Virus record (IMG/VR): IMGVR_UViG_3300027896_000016 | DNA length: 64,000 nucleotides | Source: an uncultured virus (IMG/VR IMGVR_UViG_3300027896_000016) | Lineage: Duplodnaviria > Heunggongvirae > Uroviricota > Caudoviricetes | Strand: one strand, 5' to 3' | In this document: in pieces, positions 40,057-51,655 of the stretch | Position numbering within the stretch: the stretch's first letter is position 1 | Layout of the letters: each line of letters starts with the position of its first letter | Made by a program: the position numbers and the translations under genes | Notes under the pieces: model-generated | The model's database searches: none | What the model saw: the letters and a program-made list of their open reading frames with translations, nothing else | What the model was told of the DNA's origin: nothing

Positions 40057-40821
40057 ATGAAATTGGTCACGGTAAGTTTGGGAAATGCCTGTATTAAGAA
40101 TCCTAGATGTAGTTTTTGTTATTTGAAAGATCAGGAAGAACGTTCTTATTTTCATCCAAAATATTATCTAGAAAATTTGTTTGAGAAAGAACCTAAATTT
40201 ACCATGACAATTTGTTATGAATACTGCGGCCTAAAAATTCTTGATATGGCCCCGATAGAAGGTCATTTGGACCTAATACGCAACGTAACGACAATGCCGC
40301 AAGCAATCAACAAAGTTACTGTTAAGCACTTTAAGGCTATTGATATAAAACATATTGCGTTGAGCTATGACAGTCAGAAGTGTCCAGATATAAAAATCTG
40401 GACCGATGCTGCCAGAATAATACGCAAGTACTATGATACTTTGTCATGCAATTATCTTATAGAAAACTCGGCAAGTTTTATCATACCACCCGAAATTTTC
40501 GCGTACTGCACACAGTTTAATTTCTTGAGCCTTAAGTCCAAGGATCATACGCCGCGATTGATGAAAGATTTATTAAAAATGCTGCATATCATAATTTTCG
40601 ATTTGAAGGCAAAATACCCAAAGATTGATATTGTTTGCGATAATTGTTTGGCAATTCAGTTGGGCTATGACAGCAAGTGCCATGCTGGCGAGGATTTTGT
40701 ACTCCTAAATGCTGACGGCAAGTTAGAAGATTGTTGTTTCAAAGATAAGTGTTGTTATTGGACCAAAAATGTTGGCAAAGTTTCTTTGGCCAAAGGGGAA
40801 GGAGTAATAGATGGCCTTTAA
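40057..40821 (+). CDS. Radical SAM-like protein with an atypical CX5CX2C motif and a C-terminal Cys cluster
   Basis: CIKNPRCSFC; C-terminal CDNC..CHAGEDF..LNADG...CCF (twitch/SPASM-like). Confidence 0.65.
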   Translation: MKLVTVSLGNACIKNPRCSFCYLKDQEERSYFHPKYYLENLFEKEPKFTMTICYEYCGLKILDMAPIEGHLDLIRNVTTMPQAINKVTVKHFKAIDIKHIALSYDSQKCPDIKIWTDAARIIRKYYDTLSCNYLIENSASFIIPPEIFAYCTQFNFLSLKSKDHTPRLMKDLLKMLHIIIFDLKAKYPKIDIVCDNCLAIQLGYDSKCHAGEDFVLLNADGKLEDCCFKDKCCYWTKNVGKVSLAKGEGVIDGL

Positions 40822-42764
40822 TGATGCAAAATGTAAGAAGTGTGGCGCAAAGATAAGTTGGCTTGGCAAATTAACTGATAAACCCGTGTGTCCCAAGTGT
40901 GGCGAGAAACCAGATTTGGTCTTACTAAAAAAGATTGAGGACGAAATTGAAGCAGCGGTTAATGATCCAATTGGTTATGATGATTATGAGAAAGAGTTAA
41001 TTGAGAGATGCAGGGCAAAAAATATTCTTAAGGATTTTAGGAATAAAATCAAGGAGAAAGAAAATGAAAGTAAGAGTTAAGTATGGTTGTGAACCAAACG
41101 GTCAAATAATTGATCTAATTAAGTGTATCTATGATAGTTTAAGTGACGGTGTTAGTGTAATAGATGAGGCCAATAATATAAAATATGCTTTTGCGAGATT
41201 GATTGAAGTATTGGTTAAAAATAATTCAATTAAATTGGACCAGATTCCCGAGATTTTGGATGAACCGATTAATATTATTTGTTCATATGATGAAGTGCCA
41301 AGAAAGAAGCCCAAGTAATGATCCCCGGAAAATGGGAAATAAAGGTTATAAACGGTATTTTATATGAAGATACCAATGTTACGCCTCAAGCACCATATCG
41401 GCATTTTTATTTTACTATGCCACAGGAAAGTAATTTGCCACCACCGCCGGATTTTACCGCGTTCTTTCCGGCGATATTTAAAATTCTTGCACGGTCCGTT
41501 CAAAAATTAATTTTGCGGCTTTGGGCGCGGGCGCGGGCGAAGTCCATTGGTCGAATGGGAGATGATCTTTTGGGCATTCATAATTACCACAAATTGGATA
41601 GGTAGAAAGGAGACAAACATGTCAGTTTTAACAAAGGTTGAGCATTTTATGACTACAGACAAATTTAGTGGTATTTCCGATGCAATTCAGTATGCTATGA
41701 ATGTAGGTTGTTATGTTTATCTTTCTATTGGTATCGGTTATGGATGGGTTGATTTAATGATTGGACCCTTTGATACTTACGAAGATGTTAATAAAAAATT
41801 TATTGAAAAAGAAGAAGAGATTAAAGAGGCGTATTTTACCAAGAATCCATCAGAAGTTAAATATAGGTAAGGGGATGACAATGGAATTTACCGACAAGAT
41901 CGTGTGCAGCAAAAAGAAAATGCTGGCAGAGTTTAAGAAAGAGTGCAAAAAGGCGGCACGAAAGAGTAAGAGTATAGTTAGAGAATGTGTTATTCGTTAT
42001 ATCCGTTGCACATGTAGTAATAATGATTTTATATCTCTTGGTGGTATTGGCAGTGATTATTCTTTAGAAATTGTTGATGCCAGTAAGGCTTTCGGTAAAG
42101 AAATCGTGCGTTATTTACGAAATAATCCAGGCAAAGAGTGCAAACTCAAAGTAATTATGGAGAAATGACCATGACGACCAAAAAGTTAACGCATATAGGC
42201 AAAGCTACCTATGTAGTCGCATACCAACATGATTTTGTATCTATTTTACATCCTATGGGTACTCAGCATATAAAACTTGATGATGCCCGTGCTATTTTTG
42301 GCCAAGATATTATTGATTTCTTGGGCGAAAATTTGGGCTATTGCTACGAATTTACTATCAATATGAAAACGAAGGGAGAGAAAAAGTGAATTGGCACAAA
42401 GGACCGATTCCTATTAAATGGCGCAAGAAATTGGAAGGTAAGGCGGTTCTTGTTATTCTTAAACGTAGTGGCGCAATGCAAGAGATTGAATATTATGGCA
42501 AACCTATAGCTGTAATGTGTTATATGGATAAACTTAAGACTACTTATTATCCAACTCGTATTGAACATGATTGTGTTTCTAAATGGGCGATTTTGGAGGA
42601 GATATGAAAAAGCCCAAAACTTGTTGTCGAATATGTCGCGTAGCTAATTGTTTCTTTCGATGTGAGGATATTAGATTTGGTACTAAAGAATGTTTAGGGC
42701 AACAAAAAAGATATAGTGTGAAGTATTGTAGTAAATGTGCCTCTTTTAAGAAAAGGAGCGACCG

Positions 42765-43043
42765 ATGACTAAGCTTAAGTTTCTTTTGTTAGTTGGCATT
42801 CTCGCAATTTCCGGTTGCATGAGTGCGTCCGATAGGCAAAATGTTACATTAAGCACAAAGATCGCTATTGTCGCGGCAGATAAATATGATCCCGCCAAGC
42901 CGCCAGACCCCAAAGATATTAAGTTGTTCTTGGATAATAATGCGAAGTGCTGGAATCAATTTAATATTGCGGTTAATGGCAAGGATATGATGCCAGTCCC
43001 GCCAGTTGCTACTAATGGTCCTGCCGCAACGGTGCCAAAGTGA
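42765..43043 (+). CDS. Putative lipoprotein
   Basis: MTKLKFLLLVGILAISG-C lipobox. Confidence 0.7.
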   Translation: MTKLKFLLLVGILAISGCMSASDRQNVTLSTKIAIVAADKYDPAKPPDPKDIKLFLDNNAKCWNQFNIAVNGKDMMPVPPVATNGPAATVPK

Positions 43044-43813
43044 TTAAGTACGTTTACGGTTGGAAGAAAGATCCTCTAGATTACAGGGATTATGAATTTG
43101 ACAAAGATTACCCAAAGTTTATGAAGGTTATGCAGCTATCGAATTCTATGGACATGACCAACAAGTTTGCGGCAGTGTATAATCAGCTTAGACTTGGTTC
43201 TTGTACTGCCAATGCAATCATTGGCTCAGATCAATATATGGAGAAAAAGCAAAATAATACTGATTTTATGGGTTCAAGATTGATGCTATATTATGATGAA
43301 CGTATACCGGAAGGAACCATAACTACCGATTCTGGCGCGAATATCCGAGATGGCTTCAAGAGCATGAAGTCAACCGGTGTTTGTGCTGAAATCGATTGGC
43401 CCTATGATATTGCAAAGTTTGCCAAAAAACCGCCAAAGATTTGTTATACTAAGGCAAAAAGTTATAAGGCTTTGTCTTATTATAGTGTCAAGCAAGATTT
43501 GGTTCACATACAGACAGCCCTTTGTTCAGAAATTCCGATAGTATTTGGTTTCATGGTTTACCCAAATTTTGAAAGTTCCGCGATGGCAAAGACTGGTATT
43601 CTTACTATGCCCAAAAAGACCGACAAGTCTATTGGTGGTCATGCTGTTCTTATTGTCGGTTATGACAATAGCAAATCGGTGGTTATTGTTCGTAATTCAT
43701 GGGGTGGCGATTGGGGCATGAACGGCTATTTCACCATGCCTTATGATTATGTTTTGAACGCAAAACTGGCCAGTGATTTTTGGGTTATTAATAAAGTCAA
43801 AGTGGCCGCATAG
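43040..43813 (+). CDS. C1 (papain-family) cysteine protease
   Basis: NQLRLGSCTANA (Q/C), GGHAVLIVGYD (H), VRNSWG (N). Confidence 0.92.
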   Translation: MIKYVYGWKKDPLDYRDYEFDKDYPKFMKVMQLSNSMDMTNKFAAVYNQLRLGSCTANAIIGSDQYMEKKQNNTDFMGSRLMLYYDERIPEGTITTDSGANIRDGFKSMKSTGVCAEIDWPYDIAKFAKKPPKICYTKAKSYKALSYYSVKQDLVHIQTALCSEIPIVFGFMVYPNFESSAMAKTGILTMPKKTDKSIGGHAVLIVGYDNSKSVVIVRNSWGGDWGMNGYFTMPYDYVLNAKLASDFWVINKVKVAA

Positions 43814-44707
43814 GAGAATACAATGACAGATACGAAAAAGGTTTGCGGAAATTGTAGTTTTTGGCATGGATTGGTTAGTACAAAAACTCTTGCTCCAGCT
43901 ATTGATAAAGATGGAATAATGTATGGTGGTTGTGAACAACTCAAGAAAAGTTTGCCTCATAATGCGTCAATTTGTGATAAATTTAAGCTACATTTGGAAA
44001 GGAGTAAATAATGGTAGATGTTTCGAAGAATTGGGTTCAAGATGTAATGGTCGCAAATATTGGTTTGCCACTAGAGTTATTGGACTTCTTTACGACCTAT
44101 GAGCAAGATTTGTTAAGTTTGGGCCAGCAAACTTGGGTGGATTTCTTAAAGACAGTCCAATCTGGCGACAAAGAAAAAGCTGTATTGGACCTAGTAGACA
44201 AAATGGATTTCGCAATGCTGGCGCAAATGATGGGCGACGTTGCCGACGCTGAGAAAAAGTTAAACGAAATGCGCGAAAAATGGCGGGCAATGGCCTGGAA
44301 TTTCATTAATTTGGCCGCGCCGGTTATAATTAAGCTTCTTTTGACTGTGTTGGTAGTTTGAGATTGGAGGATTTTGTGGCAAAAGATAGTGAAAAGAAAG
44401 AAATTTTTAATGATTCTCAAATGATATTGAATAATTTAGACAAGATTAGCGAAAAGGCTTGTCCTAAATGCGGTATATGCCCACCTACTGCTAATATACA
44501 TACAGTTATTATTGAAGGAAAGTCAATTGATATTGCTGTTTGTGATAACTGCGACAAGGTTTTGTTTATAATTGACCGTGCAAATAACGATGTCTTTGTT
44601 AATTATAAAACTACGCATCATGAATATGGCGATGATCTAAATGAAGAACTTCCTGATAATCATGATAATTTAGTAGAAGATACTTTTGCATTTTAAATGT
44701 TTCGCCG

Positions 44708-44831
44708 GATTTCCGTGTGGCGAGCGGGACGTGAGGCTTTCATTCGATCCCCTCCATGTTTGGAGTATGAAAGACACCCCTGTCTTTAATGACAAGCTCG
44801 AACGACTAGTATGATCGTCCACACGGAAATC
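44708..44831 (+). ncRNA. Putative multibranch structured RNA in an intergenic gap
   Basis: Perfect 13-bp closing stem GATTTCCGTGTGG/CCACACGGAAATC enclosing CGAGC/GCTCG, CTTTCAT/ATGAAAG, CTCCA/TGGAG and TGTC/GACA helices; strand assumed. Confidence 0.55.
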
Positions 44832-44853
44832 TTTTTGGCCTTGGAGAAAATTA

Positions 44854-45330
44854 ATGGAAACGCCGACTAAAGAAGAATCCCTAAAAGATCCAATCGATGC
44901 CTATCTATACGCAAAAGATGTTCTAAAGGGTCGCTTTGAAGAAGGCGAGCCGATTATTGCCACCGAAACTTATTGCGCATACGATTACGCCAAAAATGTT
45001 TTGGGCGGGCGATTTGAATTGGGCGAACCGGCAATTAAGAAAAGTGGCTATTGTTGCTATATTTATGCACGGGATGTTTTAAAAAAGTGTTGGCCCGAAG
45101 CTGAACCTATTATTGCAAAAGATGCCGAAGCAGCTTATGGCTATGCCAAGGATTTGATAAAAGGTCGATTCGTAGAAGCTGAACCTATCATCAAACAGGG
45201 CATGAATATTACAGCATACCTATACGCCCAAAATATTTTGGTTCCTTGTGGTCTAACATATGACGAAATTATGAAGGCTGTAGGTGCGGCTATTGATGTT
45301 AAATGGGCGAAAGAAAGGTCTGGAATATGA
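44854..45330 (+). CDS. Tandem ~25-aa helical repeat protein
   Basis: AYLYAKDVLKGRFEEGEPII repeated about five times. Confidence 0.75.
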   Translation: METPTKEESLKDPIDAYLYAKDVLKGRFEEGEPIIATETYCAYDYAKNVLGGRFELGEPAIKKSGYCCYIYARDVLKKCWPEAEPIIAKDAEAAYGYAKDLIKGRFVEAEPIIKQGMNITAYLYAQNILVPCGLTYDEIMKAVGAAIDVKWAKERSGI

Positions 45331-45621
45331 ATCCTCCGTGGGAAGAAGTTTTGATGCGTATAAAAGAAAAACTTCGGCAGGATAGGGTAATAGTGCCTAT
45401 ATGCGACAATGAAGAAGAAAAGGAAGAATACGAAAAAGATATACAATATAAATCTGAAGAAGCAATTAGCAATTTGATTGATAATTTAGCACAATTGGCT
45501 ATAGATTTGAATAGGCAAACTAGTTATCCTAAAGGTGGCTTAAATTTTCATATTAAAGAAGTAGCAAAAGAGGCTATTTATGAAAGTAAACAATGCGTTG
45601 ATATTGACCCTAAGAGTGAAG

Positions 45622-45891
45622 ATGGATACTAAAGAGAAAGTTGTACATTGCAAGAAAGATTTCTATGACGTTTATATAGGTCGGCCTTCTAAGTGGGGCA
45701 ACCCGTTTGAAATTAGCCTAGACCAAAATCGGGAGCAGGTTTTAGAAAAGTATGAGGTATGGTTACGCGGCAACGAAAAATTACTGGCCGATTTGGAAGA
45801 GCTACGTGGTAAGACTTTAGGCTGTTGGTGTTTTCCAAAACCGTGTCATGGAAATGTGTTAATCAAATTGTTACATGAACTGTGTGACTAA
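45622..45891 (+). CDS. DUF4326 family protein
   Basis: YDVYIGRPSKWGNPF...LRGKTLGCWCFPKPCHGNVL. Confidence 0.9.
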   Translation: MDTKEKVVHCKKDFYDVYIGRPSKWGNPFEISLDQNREQVLEKYEVWLRGNEKLLADLEELRGKTLGCWCFPKPCHGNVLIKLLHELCD

Positions 45892-46362
45892 ACGGAGAGA
45901 AAATATGAAACTTACTTTAGGAAAAGTAGTTTGGTATGTCAATTGTGATGAATATAATAAGTGGCAAGTTACCAATTGCTATGTTGTGAATATAAATACA
46001 TATCTTTTTCGATATCGCAAGATTGATTATGGGCTGAAAAAGATTTGTGATAGTAAAGTTATCAGGGGCAAAACTGTTAAGAAAACAACTTACTATTCTA
46101 ATGATTGGATCGAATTGGTGCCGAGTTTATGTTTTTCTTCTGAGAAAATGGCGCGATTTATTCTTGGTAAGATAAACGATATTAAGACCAAACAAGATAA
46201 AGAACTATTTAATATTGATCCCGCAGAAAAGCAAAGAATAACAAGTGCTATGAAGGTGATAGAAGCGAATGCTAAGATTACGGATGAAATGATTATTGTT
46301 TGGGATAAAAAGATAAGCCGCACGGTTAAGAAATGGGAAATAGAGTATAATAGGAGCTAAGA

Positions 46363-47049
46363 ATGTACATACAGATAACTACAAAATGTAATATGGCCTG
46401 TGCCCACTGCTGCTATAGTTGTGGGCCAGATGGAATCCACATGTCAATGACAGTTTATAAAAAAGCAATCAAGTGGTGTTTTGATGAAGGCGACATTATT
46501 TTTATTGGTGGCGGGGAACCTACGTTACACCCGCGATTTTGGGAAATGATCGGATTGGCGCTTAGATATAATAATTCAGAAATGGATGTCGGTGTGATAA
46601 CAAATGGCTCTAGAACAGAAGATGCGCTAGCCTTGGCCCGAATGGCAAAACGCGGTGTGTTGTATGCTGGTCTTTCTTTGGATCAATATCATGAAGGGAT
46701 TGACGATAGCGTGATAGAAGCGTTTGAAAAGCCCGAGAGAAAATATGAATTTAGTGGTAGTAGAATGCCAGATAGTGATTTAAGAGATGTCAGGAGAAGA
46801 GAAGTTGGTGCAAGTGTTGCCGCTGTTGGAAGGGCCAAAAGTTTTGGTGAGAAAAGATGTCCATGTAGTGATATTTTGGTAGATCCTACTGGCAAGATAT
46901 TTAAGTGTGGCTGTCTTGATACACAATGGGGAACTATATTTGATCCGAAATTACCCGAAAATTGGCATGATTTATCTAGCGAATGCGAAGGTCCGAAGAT
47001 TTCCGAGAATCCCCGAAAGATTTGTTCCTTGATGGGAGGCTTTAGGTGA
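46363..47049 (+). CDS. Radical SAM protein with a C-terminal twitch/SPASM-like region
   Basis: CNMACAHC, GGGEPTLHP, ITNGS; C-terminal CPC..DPTG.IFKCGC. Confidence 0.9.
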   Translation: MYIQITTKCNMACAHCCYSCGPDGIHMSMTVYKKAIKWCFDEGDIIFIGGGEPTLHPRFWEMIGLALRYNNSEMDVGVITNGSRTEDALALARMAKRGVLYAGLSLDQYHEGIDDSVIEAFEKPERKYEFSGSRMPDSDLRDVRRREVGASVAAVGRAKSFGEKRCPCSDILVDPTGKIFKCGCLDTQWGTIFDPKLPENWHDLSSECEGPKISENPRKICSLMGGFR

Positions 47050-47339
47050 AATGGGAAATAAACCCGCTGACAAAAATTTACGAAGAGTTACTATCACCAA
47101 AATGGCCAAGAATTCCGGTACGCATGTTATCTAATAGTACGCTCAAGAAACCTATCTGTGAGGCGTTCTGTGTGCCGGATCATAGAATGCGGGCGTTTTT
47201 AAGGTTTATCATGGAGGAATTTCCGGCGTTGCTCAAGGAAATTGACTTGGAATTTGAAGGTTTGATACCCCATTCGGAAAGTGCGACTAAGAAAAAGTAC
47301 CCGGAAGTTTATGGCGAGATTATGGAGAAAAAGAAATGA
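47046..47339 (+). CDS. Hypothetical protein (intact paralog of the 20980 pseudogene)
   Basis: Sequence similarity described under 20980. Confidence 0.6.
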   Translation: MKWEINPLTKIYEELLSPKWPRIPVRMLSNSTLKKPICEAFCVPDHRMRAFLRFIMEEFPALLKEIDLEFEGLIPHSESATKKKYPEVYGEIMEKKK

Positions 47340-47701
47340 GTGAGCAATTGCATCCACCGATACCGCCGAATTGCAAAATGTTTGGTCTTGATGAAGAAGG
47401 GAAAATGGCATTTCTTATTGCAGATAAGATTGACGAAAATAATGGGCGCACAACAATAACATGGACTCTTAGTAGTCTAACTCTTTCATTATGTCAAAAA
47501 CAAATTATTGCAGCCGTGGCAATTGTTGAATGGCAATGGGAAGCCGATAAATTATGGCATGAAAATCCCTGTGCATTTGAAACATACCGTATAGACCCAA
47601 AAAGTTGTCTTAAGGAAGAGATAGAAGTTATAAGAGCGCATGAGAGATGTCAATTAAATGTTATTTATTGGAAAAGATGGAAAGAAGGGAATAATGGCTA
47701 A
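47336..47701 (+). CDS. PPIPPNC-family hypothetical protein
   Basis: Shares PPIPPNC..F....G...F ... (Q/K)(I/V)I.A/C.....W ... W..W with 49656 and 49970. Confidence 0.6.
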   Translation: MSEQLHPPIPPNCKMFGLDEEGKMAFLIADKIDENNGRTTITWTLSSLTLSLCQKQIIAAVAIVEWQWEADKLWHENPCAFETYRIDPKSCLKEEIEVIRAHERCQLNVIYWKRWKEGNNG

Positions 47702-48677
47702 ATACCGGCAATGTTGTTACATTTGCAAAAATCGTCGATTATCAGGATGTTTTGTCGGCCTTAATCTATGCGTTTTAAGTTCTTTTGAGTGCGGAAAAGT
47801 TTTGGGCAAAGGCGCAAGTTGCGATTGCCCGAAATTCATATTTGGGTCGAGGCCACGGAAAAAGAGGGATTATCATGTTAAAAATTAAAGCAATGTTAGC
47901 AGATGGTACTTGGAGAGATTTGCCCGACGATGCCCAAAATTTCGATCAGGCGCTTCGCGCGCAAACTTATTTTGACCAAATGATTGTGTATGGCTGCTTT
48001 CTATTACAAACTCCAGAAAAGTTTGTGGGAGTTAAATTTTCTTTTGATACAGATGGCGAATCGGCTGATTGTATTGTTAATTTAGTTAAAGATAGGCCAT
48101 TTCGTGTCGAAGTGTTTATTAATTTTCACCCGTTGATGCCGTAGGGGAAAGCAAATGCCAAAATTTGACAGATTGCCCAAATGGGCCAAAGAATTGATTG
48201 AGTCCAAGGACAATAAAATTCGAAATTTAGAACACGATTTGGCCAATTTGTGCAAGGCCCACGCGATTTTAGAAAATCAGGATTGGTTTGTTTTGAACAA
48301 TAGTCGGCTGGAAGATCGGGCCGATGAAAAAAGTATAAGCTTGTGGTTCTTGGATAAAGACGATCCGCACAGATTTTGCACTTTATATTGTGGCGATACT
48401 CTTCTAGTAGGAAGGAGAAAGAGATGAGAAAGAGAAAATATGTACGTAGGAGAACTAGAGTAAATGTGGCATGGAGACGTAAAAATCGAGAAGAGGCTAA
48501 AGAGTCTCTTAATGCGCTATTTAAGAGTATTGTTTGCGCTCAATTAGTTTGTTCAGTTACTCAAGGATTACTTACTGTCCAATTTAACGCAGATAAAATA
48601 AATGCCCCAAAATTTGCCAAAAAAGTACGAAAGATTTATAATGCGGTCTGCCGTGAATTTAAGATAAAGGGATATAA

Positions 48678-49091
48678 ATGAATACTTTCTTGCCAGTTCA
48701 AAGTTTTCCGGTATCCGCAAGGATTTTAGATTACAGGCGTTTGGGCAAGCAGCGCGTTGAGGCAAATATTGTTTATAACATATTGTTATCCGGTAAGGCC
48801 AAAGGCGCATGGGTTAATCATCCATGTACTAAAATGTGGCGCGGTTATGAAATGGCTCTTGCCGAATATTATAATTGTTGTGTTGCCGAATGGAAATCTC
48901 GTGGGTATAAAAATACTATGCCATTTTTATTCGTGGACTATAACATTTTGGTATATCCCAAGTGGCTAGGAAACGATGCATTTCATGCTGCTATGAGAAG
49001 TAATTTGCTCCGAAAAGATTATGAGTACTATAGTCAGTTTGGCTGGAAAGAGCCGAATAATCTACCTTATATTTGGGGGAATATAAAATGA
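48678..49091 (+). CDS. Pyrimidine-dimer DNA glycosylase/DenV-related (MSMEG_6728-like) protein
   Basis: MNTFLP..SF..SARILDYRRLGKQRVEA...W.NHP.TKMWRGY...H...RSNLLRKD. Confidence 0.85.
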   Translation: MNTFLPVQSFPVSARILDYRRLGKQRVEANIVYNILLSGKAKGAWVNHPCTKMWRGYEMALAEYYNCCVAEWKSRGYKNTMPFLFVDYNILVYPKWLGNDAFHAAMRSNLLRKDYEYYSQFGWKEPNNLPYIWGNIK

Positions 49092-49655
49092 GCGGCGAAA
49101 AAGTAATCGCGAGTTTTGACTATCTTGTGGCGATATTTTGGGTGCTCATGGCAAAAGATGTCAAAGAAATAAAGATTGGTGATTTAAGCAATGTGCAAGA
49201 AGTGATTTATAAATTGCAGCAATCCCAAGTTTTCGGAAAGTTCTTTAAAAGTTACGACGATTTTGTTGTGCGGGAAAAGAAAGAATCGTTTAAATTAGAA
49301 CATGATATCGCCAAAATGGGTTATAATGATTTGTTCGAAAAGAAAGTGTGCTCCGATGGCTTATATTTGGTCCTTTTGCCCGATAATATTATCATGTATT
49401 ACGAAGAATTCATAATGAAGAATATTAAGCGAGAAGATAAGGCAACAATTTGGCTAATGGCCGACGAATTTTTGAGGATACTTTGATGAACAAGATTAAA
49501 AGAACTGCGATGCGACTTGCAAAAAGAATAGAAAAGGCGCAATTGAAATTGGATAAATTGAATAAATTGAATGAGCGTAATATGGAACGGTGCAAACATA
49601 AGTCCGTTACGCATCATGAAATGTTCAACTGGTGTGATGACTGTGGTAGGTGTTT

Positions 49656-50263
49656 ATGAAAATACCACCAATCCCACCAAATTGTGATATGTTTGATACT
49701 GACGCAAAAGGTGAAATATTATTTAGATGTAATATTTTACAAGAAAATAATCGTTATTATTGGGCTTTGGCCGAATGGAATGTGTTGCCATTAGATTTGC
49801 GGAAAGTGATAAGTTGTGTGGGTGAAGTATATTGGTACAAAATTTCAGAAGAAGAAGTTGAAAGGGCTGCGTGTGCTGATAGTTCAGATGAAGAGATGAA
49901 TCATATAGCAAAAAGAGATGTTGCCGTTGCCAATGCTTGCGAGTGGCGTAAATGGGGAAAGGGTTAATTATGAAAATTCCGCCAATCCCACCGAATTGTG
50001 AATTTTTTTATAAAATGGATGATGGTACATGGTTTTTTCGTTGGAGAACGCTTTTAAGTGCTGATGGTTGGAGTATTAATGATTGTCTTTCATTGGATAT
50101 GCGACAAATTATTGCCGCTATAGCCGAAATTTCTTGGCGCAAGATTGCCGAAAAACAGGAATATGATAATTTTCGCAAAGGTCATGGTCCTGATTATGAA
50201 AGTCCAAAATCTGAAGCTTGGGAAAATGTCGATGCGTGGCGTTTATGGGGAGAAGAAAAATGA
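49656..50263 (+). CDS. Two tandem PPIPPNC-family paralogs (49656-49967, 49970-50263)
   Basis: Both start MKIPPIPPNC. Confidence 0.65.
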
Positions 50264-51655
50264 GTTGGCATTGCTTATCAAGTTCGTCACCAGTTGCCCG
50301 CAAAAACCATAAGTGTAACATTTGTTATAAGATTATCAAGAAAGGCCAAAAATATAATTATAGATTTGGCGTTGATAATGGTGATGCTTTAAGTATGCAC
50401 GTACACCCAAAATGCGACGATTTTGCCGCGAATTATTTTGATGATTGGGATGATTGGGATATTGAGGGCGACGAATTTCAGGCAGATCTCAAGAAATTTT
50501 TGAAAGGGGTGAAAAATGGCAAAGTATAGCGTTAAATTAAATCTTACGAAAGAAGATAAAAAGAAGCTTGGATGGAAAGAGAAAAATCAAATACCTAAAA
50601 TGAGCGAAAAAGAAAGAATAAAGAAATTAGTAGAGTTCTTTGAGAAAGAAAAAGCAATGGGCAAGTTTACAATAACGATTGATCCACTTCAAAGTATTTC
50701 AAATTCACCTTGTAATCTACAATGTCCAAAATGTGGCAGTGGCAATGTTTCGCGTCAATATTATGCAAAAGGCGATAAATACGATCTGCATAAAAGTTTT
50801 AGCTTTAAACTTTTAGATAGTTTTGAAAGACCTTTAGGGCTTCTTGAATATGTCGCCAAGGCCGACTGTATTGAACATCATTGTCGAGTTTGCCAATATC
50901 AGTGGATAACGCCGCCGATGGGGAATAAATAATGACTAAAATCGACTGGCATAATTTGCCATTTCCATATGGCAATGTAAGATTTAGTTCATATAAATGG
51001 CCAAAGATTTGCTGGTTTGGCGACAATGGTAATTGGATTCCTATAGACGAATTAGGCATGGTTTCGCGCGAAGATTGTTGTTGCAATGCAATAGTTTGGT
51101 TTGAAATGCAAGCTGCGGCAATGTCTGAATTAGTCGATAGAATAGGGACACACGATCTCAAGCAGTCAGAAGCAATTTGGGAAATTGAGTCGGAATATGT
51201 CGCGTGTGCTGAACAGTGGCGAGAGGCGTTGAGAAGTTTGGGGAGATACTGATATGTCAGAAGAAAAAGAAAAGCCTTATCATGTGGAAGATCCCGAAAA
51301 AGAAGAATGGGTTGGATCTCGCCTAGTAGGCCCAAATGGTTTTGAATGTTATCTTAGTGAGCCTGAAGATAGAAGTTGGTACAGAGATGGCAAGGATGTT
51401 GTTGATGAATTGAATAAATTGGCGGCAGAAAAACAAGAGTTGCTTGATGAAATTTATGATTTTATGGTAACTATGAGGCATTTACATATATTTCCCGATG
51501 GTGTGGTTGGCAGATGTCGTGGTTGTTGCAAGCCAATACTTACTAAAACTACGATATTAGATCCAGAGTATCATGAGAAAGGTTGTCCTATGGCTGATAT
51601 GGGGCGTCTTTATCTCAAAGTTGGCGGTAAGTTTAAGTCAGATTAGGAGAAAATT

